Shown here one piece after another: positions 9,855 to 19,003 of a DNA stretch of 64,000 nucleotides. The translations under genes were made by a program, and so were the position numbers. The notes under the pieces are model-generated. The model did no database searches. It had not been told where the DNA came from and saw nothing but the letters and a program-made list of their open reading frames with translations. Where the stretch lies: the NCBI GenBank assembly GCA_041660745.1, contig JBAZVT010000003.1:1880-65879 (forward strand). Direction: 5' to 3'. The DNA comes from Minisyncoccota bacterium. Its GTDB lineage: Bacteria; Patescibacteriota; Minisyncoccia; Phycocordibacterales; JBAZVT01. The first letter of the stretch is position 1; each line of letters opens with the position of its first letter.

Positions 9855-11522
9855 ATGAAAAAAACAAACTTCTTTTTACGAATCGGTCGTTTTATAAAGA
9901 GACATAAGATAATTTCTCTTGTAATTATTCTTATTATTATCGTGAGTGGATACTGGTTATATCATTCTAAAACAACAGCAACCGCAGAGACGAAGTATGT
10001 TATCGGCACTGTGCGTGTTGGCGATGTCTCGTCTGTAGTCACTGGTACAGGTCAGGTTTCTGCAGAAAGTAGTGTGGATATTAAATCAAAAGTCTCGGGT
10101 GATATCGTGGCACTATATGTAAAAAATGGTGATGAGGTGGGTGAGGGGAGTATCATTGCTCAGATTGACTCTGAGGATGCATTGAAAAATCTACGAGATG
10201 CGGAAATAAATTTAAAAAGCGCACAAATTTCTTTAGATAAAGTTCTTCAGCCGGCAAATACTTCTACGGTATATGACGATGCTTTTAATACAATTACAAA
10301 TGCATTTCTTGATTTGCCAGTTATTTCAGATGAATTGTATAGCATGTTATATGACCGGAAGCATTCTCTGTACTTGGCTGATGATCAACAGGTTAATTTT
10401 TACTCGGGGAAGACGGGGGTGAGTCTTAAAAGAGGTGCAGAGTTAGAATATAATACCGCCAAAAAACTCCTTAAGAGTTCCTTGGCCACATATAGAACAA
10501 CACCTCGTCTTTCGGAGCCGGCCGTTATAGAATCATTGCTCGGAGATACTTTGGTTACTGTGCGTGCGATGTCGGACGCATTAAAAAACATACAAACAAC
10601 AGTTAATTATATTAGTGATAAAATTGATACAGATAAACCCTCAGAACTTGGTGTTGACCAAAGTGCTCTTGTTTCGTATACATCAAAATTGAATGGCCAT
10701 GTGTCTAATGTACTGTCTTCACAGACATCTATTGAATCTGCAAAAACTTCGGAAGTTAATGATTCTTTAGATATCCAGTCACAGAAACTTTCTCTTGAAC
10801 AAAAGAAAAATGCTGTTTCGGATGCCCAAGACACGCTTTCTGATTATTATGTTCGTGCCCCGTTTGGTGGAGTTGTTGCAGATGTGCCGGTTAGTGTAGG
10901 TGATGGTGCTTCTTCTGCAATGGTACTTGCAACCATTATTACTAAAAAACAGATTGCTACAATACCCCTCAATGAAGTGGATGCTGCAAAAGTAAAAACT
11001 GGTCAAAAGGTAGTCTTAACATTTGATGCAGTGTCGGGTCTAGAAGTCGTTGGGGAAGTGTCTGATGTTCAAACATTAGGAACAGTGAGTCAGGGTGTTG
11101 TCTCTTATGATGTTCAAATATCTTTTGACACCCAAGACACTCGCGTGAAGCCATCTATGAGTGTGTCCGCAGCCATTACGACCGACATAAGGGAGAGTGT
11201 GTTGTCGGTGCCGACATCCGCCGTGAAAACAAGTAGAGGGGGTTTGTATGTTGAAGTCGTTGATAATGTTCCAAAAGGCTCAGGAACGACTACTGCTGTG
11301 GGGGGGATCATATTATCAACGCCACCACGACAGCAGATAGTAGAAGTGGGGCTTACGGGTGATTCACGAATAGAGATTATTTCTGGTCTCAACGAGGGAG
11401 ATCGTATCGTTACACGTACCATCACGGCATCAGGTGCGGCGACGACAGCTAGTGCTGGCAGTATTTTGACGGGTGGAAATCGTAGTACGACTGGGCAGGC
11501 TGCACGGGCGCTCGGACGATAA
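9855..11522 (+). CDS. HlyD/MacA-family periplasmic adaptor (membrane fusion protein)
   Basis: N-terminal TM segment, a long coiled-coil region, the barrel-sandwich motif YVRAPFGGVVADVPVSVGD, and a low-complexity Ala/Thr/Gly C-terminal tail. Confidence 0.85.
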   Translation: MKKTNFFLRIGRFIKRHKIISLVIILIIIVSGYWLYHSKTTATAETKYVIGTVRVGDVSSVVTGTGQVSAESSVDIKSKVSGDIVALYVKNGDEVGEGSIIAQIDSEDALKNLRDAEINLKSAQISLDKVLQPANTSTVYDDAFNTITNAFLDLPVISDELYSMLYDRKHSLYLADDQQVNFYSGKTGVSLKRGAELEYNTAKKLLKSSLATYRTTPRLSEPAVIESLLGDTLVTVRAMSDALKNIQTTVNYISDKIDTDKPSELGVDQSALVSYTSKLNGHVSNVLSSQTSIESAKTSEVNDSLDIQSQKLSLEQKKNAVSDAQDTLSDYYVRAPFGGVVADVPVSVGDGASSAMVLATIITKKQIATIPLNEVDAAKVKTGQKVVLTFDAVSGLEVVGEVSDVQTLGTVSQGVVSYDVQISFDTQDTRVKPSMSVSAAITTDIRESVLSVPTSAVKTSRGGLYVEVVDNVPKGSGTTTAVGGIILSTPPRQQIVEVGLTGDSRIEIISGLNEGDRIVTRTITASGAATTASAGSILTGGNRSTTGQAARALGR

Positions 11523-11538
11523 AAAAGACGATACTAGT

Positions 11539-12255
11539 ATGATTGAATGTAAAAATATAACAAAAATATATAAAAGTGGAGATACAGAAACATTCGCACT
11601 TAACAATGTTTCTTTTACGATTGCGGACGGTGAGTTTGTGGCAATTATGGGGCCGTCTGGTTCTGGTAAGTCAACACTTATGCATATTCTTGGCGCATTA
11701 GATACTCCCACGTCTGGAACATATGTTCTTGATGGAGAAGATGTTTCTACGCTTTCTGACGATGAACTCGCGGATATCCGAGCGCAAAAAATTGGTTTTG
11801 TATTCCAAGCATTCAATCTTCTACCTCGTGCAACGGTGCTTCGTAATGTTAGTCTTCCTCTCGTGTATTCAGGCGTTTCTGAACAGGAGCGAACAGTGCG
11901 AGCACAGGAGGCATTGCGGTCCGCGGGACTTTCCGAGGATAGGTGGGGTCATCTTTCAAATCAACTCTCGGGCGGTCAAATTCAACGTGTGGCAATTGCG
12001 CGTGCACTTGTGAATAATCCTTCTGTTATTATGGCGGATGAACCTACTGGCAATCTTGATTCAAAAACTGGAGAGATCGTCTTGGGGACGTTTCAACACT
12101 TTAATCGTGAATTAAAACGAACTATTATTTTAATTACGCATGAACTTGATGTCGCACAACATGCTGATCGTATTATCCATATCAAAGATGGAAAAATTGT
12201 TGAAGATAGAAAAAATCTGAATAAGAGAGTAATTGAGCATGTAAAATATTTATGA
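11539..12255 (+). CDS. MacB/LolD-type ABC transporter ATP-binding protein
   Basis: Likely start at MIECKNITKIY. Walker A GPSGSGKST, signature LSGGQIQRVAIARAL, Walker B VIMADEPTGNLD. Confidence 0.93.
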   Translation: MIECKNITKIYKSGDTETFALNNVSFTIADGEFVAIMGPSGSGKSTLMHILGALDTPTSGTYVLDGEDVSTLSDDELADIRAQKIGFVFQAFNLLPRATVLRNVSLPLVYSGVSEQERTVRAQEALRSAGLSEDRWGHLSNQLSGGQIQRVAIARALVNNPSVIMADEPTGNLDSKTGEIVLGTFQHFNRELKRTIILITHELDVAQHADRIIHIKDGKIVEDRKNLNKRVIEHVKYL

Positions 12256-13475
12256 CAATAAAAGATTTACTTCACGAAACGACATCGGCATTGCTTGGCA
12301 ACAAGGTTCGTACGGGACTAACAATGCTTGGAATTATTATTGGCATCGCTTCCGTGATTGCCATGCTTGCTGTTGGACAAGGTGCAAGTGGTTCTATTCA
12401 GTCTAGTATTCAGGCACTTGGTTCTAATTTGTTATTGGTGAGTCCTGGAGCTCAAAGAGGACCCGGAGTACAAGTGAGTGCTGGCCGTGGTTCATCGCAG
12501 ACGCTTACCCGGGCAGATGCAGATGCTATTGGAGTATCAGTTTCTTCTGTTGCTGCCGTTGCCGCCAATGTTTCTACTCGCCTACAAATAGTTGTATCTG
12601 GTGCAAATACAAATACGTCTATTATTGGTACGGTGCCAGAGTATGCAGTGGTTCGGAATGTAGAAATTGCAGAAGGCGACTTTATTACCGAAGAAGATGT
12701 AAGAGATTTGGGTCGTGTAGTGGTGCTTGGTCCCACGACACGAGATGATTTATTTGGGATTGACGGAGAGTCTGTCGGGAAAACAGTGCGTGTAAACGGT
12801 ATTAATTTTAAGGTTATTGGAGTTACAAAATCTAAGGGTGGTTCTGGTTTCGGTAATGCTGACGATCGAGCATACATACCACTGACATCTGCACAGAAGT
12901 TTCTAACTGGGAATATATATGTAAGTGAAATAAGTGTACAAGCCGAGAGTTCTGATGTTATGGCTGATGTGCAGAGTCAGATTACAGCGCTTCTTTTAGA
13001 TCGACATAATATTACCGATCCAACATCGGCTGATTTTAATGTATTAAACCAAGCAGATATTATTTCTAGTGCGTCATCTGTTACTAATATTCTCACTATC
13101 CTTTTGGCGTCTGTGGCGGGCATCTCTCTTGTTGTTGGAGGTATTGGAATTATGAATATGATGTTAACCACAGTGACGGAACGTACGAGGGAAATTGGTC
13201 TCAGAAAAGCTATCGGTGCAAAGAAAAAAGATATCAGTGCTCAGTTTTTAATTGAGTCAATTGTTCTTACGTTTACGGGCGGAATTCTTGGGGTAATATT
13301 AGGTTGGACAGTTGCGTTTATTATAACTGCAACAGGATTGTTGACTGCACAGGTCTCTCTTTTTGCAGTGCTGCTTGCATTTGGTGTGGCGGCAGCAATA
13401 GGTATTATTTTTGGTTATTATCCAGCTAAACGTGCTGCGGGTCTGAACCCGATTGAAGCATTGCGTTATGAGTAG
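12252..13475 (+). CDS. MacB-type ABC transporter permease (MacB periplasmic domain plus FtsX domain)
   Basis: A 4-nt overlap with the ATPase gene. N-terminal TM segment, a large extracytoplasmic domain, and a C-terminal FtsX-like 3-TM bundle (REIGLRKAIGAKKKDI). Confidence 0.9.
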   Translation: MTIKDLLHETTSALLGNKVRTGLTMLGIIIGIASVIAMLAVGQGASGSIQSSIQALGSNLLLVSPGAQRGPGVQVSAGRGSSQTLTRADADAIGVSVSSVAAVAANVSTRLQIVVSGANTNTSIIGTVPEYAVVRNVEIAEGDFITEEDVRDLGRVVVLGPTTRDDLFGIDGESVGKTVRVNGINFKVIGVTKSKGGSGFGNADDRAYIPLTSAQKFLTGNIYVSEISVQAESSDVMADVQSQITALLLDRHNITDPTSADFNVLNQADIISSASSVTNILTILLASVAGISLVVGGIGIMNMMLTTVTERTREIGLRKAIGAKKKDISAQFLIESIVLTFTGGILGVILGWTVAFIITATGLLTAQVSLFAVLLAFGVAAAIGIIFGYYPAKRAAGLNPIEALRYE

Positions 13476-13503
13476 AACAAAATACCAGCCCGAAGATGCT
13501 GTT

Positions 13504-13728
13504 TTAGTCGATGGGAATATCTAATATTTTTCCAGGGGAGTGATGTCCAGAAATAATACGTATTTTTTTTGGCGTAATGTTAAAATGCTCCGCGATTATT
13601 TCTATAACTCTTCTATTTGCGCGATTATTTTCTGCTGGTTCTCGTACGGATATATTAAAATGATCCGTGCTTTTTTGTGTAAGAGTATCTTTTTTTGAGT
13701 CGGGAGTGACGCGAACTTTTATATACAT
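13504..13728 (-). CDS. DUF167 (YggU-like) family protein
   Basis: MYIKVRVTPDSKKD...ENNRANRRVIEIIAEHF...IISGHHSPGK matches the UPF0235/DUF167 pattern. Confidence 0.75.
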   Translation of the reverse strand: MYIKVRVTPDSKKDTLTQKSTDHFNISVREPAENNRANRRVIEIIAEHFNITPKKIRIISGHHSPGKILDIPID

Positions 13729-13932
13729 ACAGGCTATCATATCAGAAAAAAATATTGTTTGTCATGGAATAATGCCCTTGCACATTTTTATATTTCGTTT
13801 TGATTTTTTAATTACAAAATTGCCGAAGTGGGCCATTTGTGATGACAATACTTTTTTAAATAAAATAAATTAACACATTCTTAATTAACCGTTCACCGCA
13901 TTCTCACTCTTTTGTTTTAATAATTACCCATG

Positions 13933-14009
13933 AATTATGAAATCCCATTCCTTGTTGCACCAGACTTTTTAAAAAAGTTTTGGCGTGCCGGGGCGCGGAT
14001 TTCATAATT
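13933..14009. repeat. Perfect 13-bp inverted repeat with a 51-nt spacer (MITE-like or long hairpin)
   Basis: AATTATGAAATCC (13933-13945) pairs with GGATTTCATAATT (13997-14009). Confidence 0.7.
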
Positions 14010-14073
14010 TAAAAAGGTCGGCGAAAATAATTTCTTTAGGTTTTGTATTACTACTTTATTTTAAAAATATATT

Positions 14074-14730
14074 ATGAAAAAAATTTTTGCTTTCACTTCA
14101 ATTATTGCTTTAGCTCTTGTTTTTGCTCCAGCGGCATCTCATGCAGCTTGGAGTAATGACGTAAATATCACGACAACGAATTCTGCAGACATTGTTAATT
14201 CCTTTAATGTATCCGCACACACGGGTGACAATGTCTCAAAAAGTGGTTCTGGAGGTGCGTCTGGGGGTGGTGGTTCAGTAACAAATTCTGGCAGTGCTAA
14301 CACAGGTGGGGCTGGAGGAGCTGGAGGTGCAGGCGGAGAGGGGGGTGTAATTGCAACTGGTGATGCTTCCGTATCAGTTCTGGTCACCAATATAGCAAAT
14401 GATACTGACATAGAGGTTGATTCAACTGCATTGGCGGAGGATGCTTCCGATAACGATGTAAATATTATTACATCAAATACAGCAGCGCTACGAAATGAAG
14501 GAGTTCTATCAGCGTTCACTGGCTCAAATAAGGTAAAAGCTGGTTCAGCATCTAGTGATTTGTCTGGCACTGGTGGCAGTGTTGATTCAAGTGGTAATGA
14601 AAATGTCGCCGGTGCTGGTGGCGCCTCTGGAGCAGGAGGTATGGGTGGATCTATTGTAACTGGTCATAGCACTGTATCTGCAGATGTTATGAGTATTGTT
14701 AATATGACGGTTAAGCGTGTTATGAGATAA
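14074..14730 (+). CDS. Secreted Gly-rich protein made of two tandem copies of a bipartite repeat (TGxN and TGDA motifs)
   Basis: Signal peptide MKKIFAFTSIIALALVFAPAASHA. Unit 1 runs NDVNITTTNSADIVNSFNVSAHTGDNVS..(poly-Gly)..VIATGDASVSVLVTNIAN. Unit 2 runs NDVNIITSNTAALRNEGVLSAFTGSNKV..(poly-Gly)..IVTGHSTVSADVMSIVN. Confidence 0.8.
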   Translation: MKKIFAFTSIIALALVFAPAASHAAWSNDVNITTTNSADIVNSFNVSAHTGDNVSKSGSGGASGGGGSVTNSGSANTGGAGGAGGAGGEGGVIATGDASVSVLVTNIANDTDIEVDSTALAEDASDNDVNIITSNTAALRNEGVLSAFTGSNKVKAGSASSDLSGTGGSVDSSGNENVAGAGGASGAGGMGGSIVTGHSTVSADVMSIVNMTVKRVMR

Positions 14731-14825
14731 CTACTTTTGTCGTCGGAGGAAAGGGATTTTTCCCTTCCTTCGGCAAGGTTTTGATGCGATGTCAAAACCT
14801 TGCCGAAGGAAAACCTTCCAATTCT

Positions 14826-15365
14826 ATGAAAAAAGCATCATATATTTTCTGTTGTGTGCTGGTGTATTCTGGCTTCTATACTGCACTGATAGTATCGGCA
14901 GCTTCTTCCTCTGTGGTTAATTCAATCACGATTACTTCAGAAACTGGGGGTAATACTGTATTGGGCGGTGAAGAAAGTCGGGGTACTTCTAATACACATA
15001 TCCAGGCAAAGACAATTATAGATGGTGTTGTAGTAGAGGATATTAATCAGAACTATTCTTCTACGAGTCCGGTTAATTTTAAAGAAACATACAATCAGAA
15101 TATTGGATCGGGAAATGAAACGGAGACAGTGAAAACAATTATAAAAGTTCAGGCGCAGACAGGTCAAAGTTCATTGGTGGAAGATTTTAATAAAAAGAAA
15201 GCGGCGACATCAACAGCCACAACGTCTCTCGCACGTCCTGTGAAGACAACGCAAGATGGTCACGTTGCGGCTTCGAGTTCAGTATTATTAGCCGAAGGGG
15301 GTTTGAAAGCGCGAGGCCTTCTTCAACAATTTATATCATATGTATTTTCAATCTTTCGTTTCTAA
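14826..15365 (+). CDS. Secreted hypothetical protein with one TGxN half-repeat
   Basis: Lies in ORF 14781..15365, with the likely start at MKKASYIF. Has a signal/anchor segment, and NSITITSETGGNTV matches the first repeat motif of the flanking genes. Confidence 0.65.
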   Translation: MKKASYIFCCVLVYSGFYTALIVSAASSSVVNSITITSETGGNTVLGGEESRGTSNTHIQAKTIIDGVVVEDINQNYSSTSPVNFKETYNQNIGSGNETETVKTIIKVQAQTGQSSLVEDFNKKKAATSTATTSLARPVKTTQDGHVAASSSVLLAEGGLKARGLLQQFISYVFSIFRF

Positions 15366-18090
15366 ACATATTGTTTCACAAGGCAGAGGGATTGTTTCCT
15401 TCTGTATAATTTTTTCTTTGCTCTTGGCCCAAGGTGGTGCGGTTATTGTTGCAGGGGCACAAACACCTGATTCTAGTTTAGGTACGACAACAGAGTCTAG
15501 CACCATAACAGAAGCTGCTATTGTGCCAGAGGAAAATGATTCTGTGACGTCTATTACGACTGGTGACGCATCTGCGGAGAGTAGTGTGGAAACTGGAACA
15601 AATACCAATCTTATTTCTGAGGGGCAGAGTACATCTTCCTCGGACACCCTAATGGCAACGAGTACACACGATTCTTTATTAGAAGTGGCTACGACTAGCG
15701 CAACTACTTCTTCCGATACCACTACCACAGGCACAAGCACGTCTCTAGTACCTGATGAGGGTACAGAGGTTATTGTGGACACAACAAGTACGTCCACTAT
15801 TGTAAATAATGCCACAACTACTGCAAATACAGGTGTAAATGAAATTCAAAACGCAACATCGACCACGGCAACAAGCACTGCCACAAGTACAGCGGTTATC
15901 GATACTGGTGATGCGGCGGCTAGTACAAATATAATTAATGTTGCCAATGTTAATGTGTTTGATTCTAATGGAATGATCATGCTTCTTAATAGTTTATCTG
16001 GTATGACGGGTAATGTTGATTTGCGAGATGCACTCTCGGGAATTACTTTTGAATCATTCTGTGGCGAGGGGTGTGATGGAACGAGTACACCTTTATCTGC
16101 TCTCATTTCAAATAATAGTACATCAACAATTGATAATAACATTGTTGTTGGTGCTCAAACGGGGAATAACGGTATTTCTGGACCAGGCACTGACGGAACT
16201 ATTATGACTGGGGATGCGTATGCGGCAGCCAATGTGGTAAATATGGCAAATACAAATATTGTTGATTCAAATTATCTCCTCTTTGTTTTTAATGGGCTGG
16301 GAAATATGATTAATGGTGATTTTATTTTGCCGAGCGCAGGATTCTTCTCTAACTTTTTTTCTGGAAGTTCAGGAAGTAGTATGTCGGGGCAGTCTACTCC
16401 CGCAGTCTTATCTTCCACAACTGATCTAGATATACAAAATGAGAATTCGTCGATAATCAATAATTCCGTTGATGTTCATGCGGGCACGGGGGATAATAGC
16501 GTGTCGTCTGAAATGGGATCTACAACAGCTTCTAGTAGTATTGTAACGGGAGACGCACAGTCTGGAACAAATATTTTTAACGAGACTAATAGTAATCTTG
16601 TCGGCGGCGGATCGTTCATGGTACTTTTTAGAGTTTTTGGAAAATGGAGTGGAAATGTACTAAATACTCCAGACGGAATTCAATGGAAAGAAACACCTCA
16701 TGGGGTTGAACTTGTTGGAGATGTTCCTTCTGTTCTTGATTCAAGCGAGACAGATTCATCTGATCAAAATATATCAATTTCTAACAACAATAGTTCAAGT
16801 GTCACAAACAATATAGAGGTGTATGCGTTGACCGGAGATAATAAAATTACGGACAAAACTGGAAACTCTGAGATTGAGACTGGAGATGCATATGCAACAG
16901 CGAACGTAGTCAATATTACTAATACCAATATTGTTGGACGTAACTGGATTCTCGCAATCATTAATATCTTTGGTGATTGGGGAGGGAATATTTCTTTTGG
17001 TCAACCTGATTTGTGGGTTGCGGGGGAAGTGGAATCCCCTGGAAAGATTACGCGTGGTTCAGAACTAAAATACACATTTACTATTACAAACAAAGGCGAT
17101 GCTCCCGCGCATGATGTTGTGTTAAAGAATGTTTTTGATAGTCCATACGTGTACTTTGGAGAGAGATCAACTGATGTTCCTAATAATATGTCTGACTGGA
17201 ATATTGGAACATTGGCACCACAACAAACTGTTACTGTAGAAAAAGTGGCAACTGTAGACACGGGCTTGCCACGAGGGTCAACTCCCGTCTCGTCTGAAAT
17301 TTCTGTGCAGGGGAATGAAACTGATGCAAATACAGTAGATAATAGTGACGTTATATCATTTGTAGCTTCCGGATCTACGTCTTCAAGGGGTGGGAGTAGA
17401 CCTCGAGAAACAAAAATGCCATTACCAATACTTCTTGTTTCTACGACAAATGATGCGCTGACGACGCCTCTTATGGCTACTGCAAGTAGTAGTGTAAATT
17501 ATACTATTACAATAGAAAACAATGGGGATACTTCGTATAATTCCATCCTTACAAACACACTCAAGGATAGTTCTGGGGGTATTGTTAGTCAGGAACAGTG
17601 GAATTTGGAAATGATTGCTCCGCGTGAAGAAGTTTCTGTTTCATATACAGCTATCTTTGGCACAAGTACACCCCCCGGAGTGTATACCAATTATGCTCAG
17701 GTGGTCGCGTCCTCTTCGGAACAACTTGGGCAGTCTGTTGTCTCAAATGTGGCGACGAGTGCTGTGGTTATTCTTAGCCCAGAGGTCTTTAATGCAGGAT
17801 TTTCCTTTGCCACAACCACCCCTGTTCTTTCTACAGAGAACATTGAGCCACTTGCAGGGGCTATTTCAGACTCAAACATAGTTGATTCGTCCCCAGACGC
17901 TACTGCTGTGGAAAAAATAGATACTATAGTAAACAATCAGGTTGCAAATGTGGGAAGCGCGTGGAATTTTGTAGTGAGTCCATATTGGCTCATTTTCCCA
18001 ATACTTGGACTGATATCACTGGCATTATTAAAAAAGAAGGGTAGTGTGAGACAGTTTGCGAGGATGAGAAATAAGTTTACGGTTTGGTAA
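15340..18090 (+). CDS. 916-aa surface protein: Thr/Ser-rich region, at least 5 TGDA repeats, two DUF11-like Ig-fold repeats, and a C-terminal hydrophobic anchor
   Basis: N-terminal signal segment. Repeats are ITTGDASAESSVETGTNTNL, IDTGDAAASTNIINVANVNV, IMTGDAYAAANVVNMANTNI, IVTGDAQSGTNIFNETNSNL and IETGDAYATANVVNITNTNI. The DUF11-like segments are LKYTFTITNKGDAPAHDVVLKNVF and VNYTITIENNGDTSYNSILTNTL. The C-terminus is WLIFPILGLISLALLKKKG. Confidence 0.85.
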   Translation: MYFQSFVSKHIVSQGRGIVSFCIIFSLLLAQGGAVIVAGAQTPDSSLGTTTESSTITEAAIVPEENDSVTSITTGDASAESSVETGTNTNLISEGQSTSSSDTLMATSTHDSLLEVATTSATTSSDTTTTGTSTSLVPDEGTEVIVDTTSTSTIVNNATTTANTGVNEIQNATSTTATSTATSTAVIDTGDAAASTNIINVANVNVFDSNGMIMLLNSLSGMTGNVDLRDALSGITFESFCGEGCDGTSTPLSALISNNSTSTIDNNIVVGAQTGNNGISGPGTDGTIMTGDAYAAANVVNMANTNIVDSNYLLFVFNGLGNMINGDFILPSAGFFSNFFSGSSGSSMSGQSTPAVLSSTTDLDIQNENSSIINNSVDVHAGTGDNSVSSEMGSTTASSSIVTGDAQSGTNIFNETNSNLVGGGSFMVLFRVFGKWSGNVLNTPDGIQWKETPHGVELVGDVPSVLDSSETDSSDQNISISNNNSSSVTNNIEVYALTGDNKITDKTGNSEIETGDAYATANVVNITNTNIVGRNWILAIINIFGDWGGNISFGQPDLWVAGEVESPGKITRGSELKYTFTITNKGDAPAHDVVLKNVFDSPYVYFGERSTDVPNNMSDWNIGTLAPQQTVTVEKVATVDTGLPRGSTPVSSEISVQGNETDANTVDNSDVISFVASGSTSSRGGSRPRETKMPLPILLVSTTNDALTTPLMATASSSVNYTITIENNGDTSYNSILTNTLKDSSGGIVSQEQWNLEMIAPREEVSVSYTAIFGTSTPPGVYTNYAQVVASSSEQLGQSVVSNVATSAVVILSPEVFNAGFSFATTTPVLSTENIEPLAGAISDSNIVDSSPDATAVEKIDTIVNNQVANVGSAWNFVVSPYWLIFPILGLISLALLKKKGSVRQFARMRNKFTVW

Positions 18091-18241
18091 ATATCGTTCA
18101 GAATTTCTAAAAAAGAGTACGTGTAAAATTCTACTGAATTTTCACTCGGTCTCGGCTACCCGCCTGCGAAGCCTCATTTTTAGAAAATCCTCACTCCAGT
18201 AGAATAAGGTGTCCTTCGGACTCTAGGATTAGGGTACATAG

Positions 18242-18274
18242 AAAAGCCGCCTGAGTACAGGCGGCTTTTCTTGT
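18242..18274 (+). terminator. Terminator after the 916-aa gene
   Basis: AAAAGCCGCCTG pairs with CAGGCGGCTTTT (loop AGTA), followed by CTTG. Confidence 0.75.
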
Positions 18275-18317
18275 ATGTAGAGGAGGAAATGCCTTATTTT
18301 AAGCAAAATAACACATA

Positions 18318-18346
18318 TTGACGGAAGTACTCAAAAGGTGTATAAT
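18318..18346 (+). promoter_or_regulatory. Near-consensus sigma-70 promoter (TTGACG, 17 nt, TATAAT)
   Basis: TTGACG at 18318-18323 and TATAAT at 18341-18346, 72 nt upstream of the ATG at 18418. That ATG is preceded by the SD AAAGGAGG. Confidence 0.6.
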
Positions 18347-18417
18347 AGTATGTAGAGTGACTGAAGTCACAAACCGACTTCCGCCGGGTTGCGGATTGAA
18401 ATAAAAAGGAGGTCGTT

Positions 18418-18945
18418 ATGACCAAGGTTCAGGGTAATTGCGTTATTTTCTTGCTTGTGTCATTGATCATTGTTGGTTTTTGTATGCTTCCGGTGAACAA
18501 GCGTGAAAAACTGCTTCAGAATCAGTCAACAATGGCGCCGGCGGCAATGTCTCAAAACACCAGAGTCTTTCTGGATTACGTCGCTGGCAAGACAATCTCC
18601 AAGACTGACGTGGACGAAGCCTTTTACATAAGGGGTTCGGCTGGTTGGCTCGACACGGAGAAGATTCTTCGTGTGGCGAATGATCTCAAGGTTCCATGGG
18701 CTCAAGTCCATGATACGCTGGTTGTTCTCAACGAGAACTCGACAGTCATGTACATCGGTTCACAGGACAAGATTCTCGCCAAGTTTCGGGCGACCACTCA
18801 GCCAACCACAGCGCCGACGGTTCAGGTGGAGGCGACAAGTCAGGGTTCGTTGCCACCGGCAAGTGTCGTCGTCTATGGATGCTGGGCTCGCAACTATGTG
18901 GAGTCGGCGTACCAGGCGACTCATGATATGGGTCGGTGGGAATAA
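18418..18945 (+). CDS. Hypothetical membrane-anchored protein in a high-G+C islet
   Basis: Strong SD (AAAGGAGGTCGTTATG), an N-terminal TM segment (CVIFLLVSLIIVGFCML), and a Thr/Pro linker. No family recognised. Composition differs clearly from the flanks. Confidence 0.65.
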   Translation: MTKVQGNCVIFLLVSLIIVGFCMLPVNKREKLLQNQSTMAPAAMSQNTRVFLDYVAGKTISKTDVDEAFYIRGSAGWLDTEKILRVANDLKVPWAQVHDTLVVLNENSTVMYIGSQDKILAKFRATTQPTTAPTVQVEATSQGSLPPASVVVYGCWARNYVESAYQATHDMGRWE

Positions 18946-19003
18946 GGAAGATTACGTTTGGTTCTAGTGCCCGTGAACAGCAGTTCGCGGGCATAGTTTT
19001 TAT

